A stretch of 64,000 bases of DNA from Candidatus Woesearchaeota archaeon (GTDB lineage Archaea > Nanobdellota > Nanobdellia > SCGC-AAA011-G17 > JAGVZF01): positions 1,859-65,858 of the forward strand of contig JAGVZF010000012.1 of NCBI GenBank assembly GCA_018302785.1. The letters are read 5' to 3'. Both the position numbers and the translations under genes were made by a program. Position 1 is the first letter of the stretch; every line of letters begins with the position of its first letter. Positions 60,925-64,000 of this stretch are shown piece by piece. The notes under the pieces were generated by a model, which was given only the letters and a program-made list of their open reading frames with translations, had not been told where the DNA came from and searched no databases.

Positions 60925-61891
60925 TTTTCACACTTATATAAGCAATATTTATTGGATGTGATTTTCTAAATGATCTTATTGAGTCACTAAATCTTATTAA
61001 TCTTTTATGAGGGCCCGGAATAGAACCTTTAATTATTAAATAATCATTTTTTAAAATTCCATAATGTTTAAATCCAGATTTAGGAGTTATTTTTTTAAGA
61101 TCATTGCTAATGTCTAGGATTAAATTATTATACATTGTTCTTGTATGAAGCCCCATTTGACCTTTCTGAGGAACTCTAAATGAAACCTTTGCAGGATGCC
61201 ATGAACCTAGATTTGCAGGTGCTCTTCTTTTCTTTTCTGATTTATGTGATTTAAGTTGAATACCAAATCTTTTTACAGGACCTTGTAAGCCTTTTCCTTT
61301 AGTTACTGCATGAACATCAATAAATTGACCTGGTTTAAAATAATCTGATAATTTAATTTCCTTATCTAGTAAGGATTTTGCAAAGTCTAATTTTTCATTT
61401 ATGGAATTGGAGCCTATTGAAATTTCAAATATTTCTGGCTTCTTTTTTTCTAATTTTGTTAATTTTGGTTGGGTATAAACAACTAATTTTATATCATGAA
61501 TACCATCTAATTTAATATCTTCTAATTTTTTATTGTATTTCTTGGGAAGTTTTATTTTTCTCGATATTTCTTTATCTAATTTTGGATTTAGAATGTCTGT
61601 TAAGGCTTTTATACCATAATCATCTTTTTTATAGAATCTTATTGAGTATATCTTTAAAGGAGGGCATTCTATAATAGTTACTGGAGTAAAAATTTGTTCT
61701 TCTTTTGTGGCAGAATGTGGATTTGAATCTTTTACTAATAAATGAGTCATTCCAACTTTATAACCGCAAAATCCTAGAAGTTTTAGCTCATTTGTCCTTT
61801 TCCAGGATCTAATCCTAGGATAGTATCTTCTAGCTCTTTTTCTTGGCCAGTATTGCAAACTTCCTGCTCTTGGTTTACTTGCTCTTCCCAT
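60914..61891 (-). CDS. rpl3: 50S ribosomal protein L3 (uL3)
   Basis: PRAGSLQYWPRKRA...GFCGYKVGMTHL...VTKGKGLQGPVKRFG. Confidence 0.95.
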   Translation of the reverse strand: MGRASKPRAGSLQYWPRKRARRYYPRIRSWKRTNELKLLGFCGYKVGMTHLLVKDSNPHSATKEEQIFTPVTIIECPPLKIYSIRFYKKDDYGIKALTDILNPKLDKEISRKIKLPKKYNKKLEDIKLDGIHDIKLVVYTQPKLTKLEKKKPEIFEISIGSNSINEKLDFAKSLLDKEIKLSDYFKPGQFIDVHAVTKGKGLQGPVKRFGIQLKSHKSEKKRRAPANLGSWHPAKVSFRVPQKGQMGLHTRTMYNNLILDISNDLKKITPKSGFKHYGILKNDYLIIKGSIPGPHKRLIRFSDSIRSFRKSHPINIAYISVKNES

Positions 61892-61993
61892 TTTATATTA
61901 TTTTAATATACTAATAACTTGCAGAAAGCGGCTTTTATTTACAGTAGGGAATTTTAAAGAAATTGAGGATATTTATAAAGGTTGCGGTGAAAA

Positions 61994-62007
61994 TGCCTAT
62001 TTAGGCA
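61994..62007 (-). terminator. Small hairpin plus T-run downstream of the DedA-like gene
   Basis: Minus strand reads tgccta-aa-taggca followed by tttt, 36 nt after the stop at 62043. Confidence 0.3.
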
Positions 62008-62042
62008 AATAGAAACTAAAAATTACCTTGAAATATCTTCTT

Positions 62043-62720
62043 TCAATTCGGGATTTTGGCAAATAGCCACTTTTTAACCCAGTACTCTTGGAATCCTACC
62101 AAACCCAAACCAATTATTAGTAAAGACAATCTAGCGTAAGCAGCTATTGATATCCCTTTAGTACCTAGGTCACCAATATAGCTATATGCTGCTTTAGCCA
62201 TAGTGCCCAATACAATGGGAAGAATAAATCGCTTAATTCCAATTGGTCCAGCTGCAACTATATAAGTTAATTCATCATCAGGTGTAAAGGGCAAAACATA
62301 AACAATGAGTAAAGTTATTGGACCAACTTTTTGAGTAATTTTATCAAAACGATTGTAAAAGCTGACAGATACAACCTTTTGCAGTAATGGCCGTCCATAT
62401 TTTTTCACTAAAAAAACTATTAAAAATAATCCAATACTAGTTGCAAGAAAGTTTATAATAAATCCAATATGTCCTCCAAAAATATAACCAGATGCAATTA
62501 GAATGAATGTGTTAAATAGTGGTGTAAGGGTCACATAAACTACTTCAATCAAAAAGTAAATTATCACCCCCCATTGTCCGCTATTCTTTACAACTGCTTG
62601 CAAACTTTCTCTGTCAATATACTTGCTAAAAATAACAGCGGCAACAATCATTAAAGTAACATAAAGACCAATAACAATTATACTTTTTAACTTAGCTCGT
62701 TCAGAAATTATTTTTATCAT
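62043..62720 (-). CDS. DedA/TVP38 (SNARE-associated) family membrane protein
   Basis: Multi-TM protein with …GYIFGGHIGFIINFLATSIG… and LPFTPDDELTYIVAAG re-entrant-loop-like motifs. Confidence 0.65.
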   Translation of the reverse strand: MIKIISERAKLKSIIVIGLYVTLMIVAAVIFSKYIDRESLQAVVKNSGQWGVIIYFLIEVVYVTLTPLFNTFILIASGYIFGGHIGFIINFLATSIGLFLIVFLVKKYGRPLLQKVVSVSFYNRFDKITQKVGPITLLIVYVLPFTPDDELTYIVAAGPIGIKRFILPIVLGTMAKAAYSYIGDLGTKGISIAAYARLSLLIIGLGLVGFQEYWVKKWLFAKIPN

Positions 62721-62814
62721 ATTTTAAACCATAATTGCTCTTCTTATGAATCTTGTTTGTAGCGCTTTGGTCAATATAAATTTTATCTTTTATTACCACC
62801 GTACACAATTAAAA

Positions 62815-63519
62815 TTAGGCTTCAAATTTAATTTCTTTTTCAAATGTATCCCCATCAATATCTACAATTCTTTTAATTTTTCCTTTTCTTTTTGCATTAA
62901 CTCTTGCTAAAGCAGGATTATTTGCATATTCTTTTGGAACAACTAATTCTTCTATAATTAAAGTATGCTTTATTTTAGCTTTAGTAAAACCTTTGTCATA
63001 ATCAAATAAAAATTCTTTATAAAAATTAATATCTTCAGTTTTAAATGTACAAAAATCTGCTTTAGCTTCTTTATCTGACCCTGGTTTTGGTGACTTTGGA
63101 GACTTTTGTTTTGTAGTCAAACTTCCATAATCAGTATTAAATGTTAATAAAAATAATGCATGCGGGAATTGTTTTAATGCATCAAGCAAATCCTCCTTTG
63201 ATATATCCGTAGCAATTTGAAATTTTTTAATGCCTGCAAATTGTGTAACATCTGCAATTTCAAATTTAACTTTATCTCGTAATTCTTTATTATTTGTTAT
63301 TATAACTCCACTTACATGAGAATTATTTTTAATTTTTGAAGCTAAAAACAAAACAAATTCATTTGCAAATTCAAAACTAGTTTTAATTTTAACATGATTT
63401 TTTGATTTATTAATTTCAACTAATGCTCTATCCTCAAAAGTACCTCTACTATATCTTTCAAATTGCAAATGTACAGTTTCATCTATTTTGTTTTCAAATA
63501 ATTTCTTTATAAAGTTCAT
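62815..63519 (-). CDS. Hypothetical protein
   Basis: 234-aa ORF with a 4-nt overlap with cutA upstream. No motif recognised. Confidence 0.45.
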   Translation of the reverse strand: MNFIKKLFENKIDETVHLQFERYSRGTFEDRALVEINKSKNHVKIKTSFEFANEFVLFLASKIKNNSHVSGVIITNNKELRDKVKFEIADVTQFAGIKKFQIATDISKEDLLDALKQFPHALFLLTFNTDYGSLTTKQKSPKSPKPGSDKEAKADFCTFKTEDINFYKEFLFDYDKGFTKAKIKHTLIIEELVVPKEYANNPALARVNAKRKGKIKRIVDIDGDTFEKEIKFEA

Positions 63520-63821
63520 TTTTGGATATCATTGAGCCACTTTAAGAATATTGGTGTAACATCATCAACATTTAAAGATATTATTGCTGGCCTTTCATAT
63601 GAATGATGTTCTTTCACATATTTTTCTATTTCTTTAAAATTATTCTTTGCTGATTGTATTATTAATGCAAACTCTCTATCGTGGATAACTTCTTTTTTCC
63701 ACCAATAGAAAGAGCTTATTGGGACGTAATTAACATAACCTGCAATTTTTTTCTCAACTAAGCCTTTTGCCAAACTTCTCGCCTCATCTCTATTATGGCA
63801 TGTAACATATACTATAAGCAT
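63516..63821 (-). CDS. cutA: Divalent-cation tolerance protein CutA
   Basis: IVYVTCHNRDEARSLAKGLVEKKIAGYVNYVPISSFYWWKKEV...HSYERPAII. Confidence 0.85.
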   Translation of the reverse strand: MLIVYVTCHNRDEARSLAKGLVEKKIAGYVNYVPISSFYWWKKEVIHDREFALIIQSAKNNFKEIEKYVKEHHSYERPAIISLNVDDVTPIFLKWLNDIQK

Positions 63822-63854
63822 AAAATTTTACTTTATTAAGTATTTATAAAAGTT

Positions 63855-63861
63855 TTTAAAT
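63855..63861 (+). promoter_or_regulatory. TATA box (TTTAAAT) about 27 nt upstream of tRNA-Gln(CUG)
   Basis: Direct reading; shared tRNA promoter box. Confidence 0.5.
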
Positions 63862-63884
63862 TAGAATTATTTTAGATACTTTAT

Positions 63885-63957
63885 AGCCCCATAGTCTAGC
63901 GGTCAAGGACACGAGACTCTGGATCTTGTAACCCAGGTTCGAATCCTGGTGGGGCTA
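63885..63957 (+). tRNA. tRNA-Gln(CUG), 73 nt, intronless
   Basis: Acceptor AGCCCCA/UGGGGCU+A. D arm GUCU-AGCGGUCAA-GGAC. Anticodon stem CGAGA/UCUUG, loop CUCUGGA. T arm CCAGG-UUCGAAU-CCUGG. Confidence 0.85.
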
Positions 63958-64000
63958 TTCTTCTTTATTTTTCTTAAAGATCTTTATTATATTGAAAAAA

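Overview
Low-GC archaeal chromosome segment. Markers are archaea-specific r-proteins (L40e, L37ae, L34e, L14e, L32e, L19e, S4e, S17e), aIF5A, Alba, RpoP, Spt5, a fused PriS/PriL-like primase and intron-bearing tRNAs. The reduced gene content suggests a DPANN-type lineage (inference). Layout: (i) 1-14.2 kb is a cell-surface island with LamG and cadherin-like giant proteins, a MoxR-DUF58-vWA triad and a small RHS-core/HExxH toxin-like protein. (ii) 14-21 kb holds housekeeping genes (Taw1, TatD, S2P, L40e, aIF5A, FKBP, FtsZ). (iii) 21.9-24.1 kb carries a complete diversity-generating retroelement (DGR: RT + TR + VR-bearing target), wedged with a PIN toxin gene between secE-spt5 and rpl11. This is the most interesting system in the window. 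(iv) 25-45 kb is mixed housekeeping (L37ae-RpoP-prefoldin-SepF, GlyRS, PurF, PyrD, DacZ), with a VapBC pair, a GC-rich Imm5-like foreign gene, and five tRNA genes carrying one or two insertions. (v) 45-62 kb is the archaeal primase/prefoldin/L14e-L34e/SecY/spc-S10 ribosomal protein cluster on the minus strand. (vi) It ends with DedA, a hypothetical gene, CutA and an intronless tRNA-Gln. No rRNA, CRISPR array or transposase was seen.
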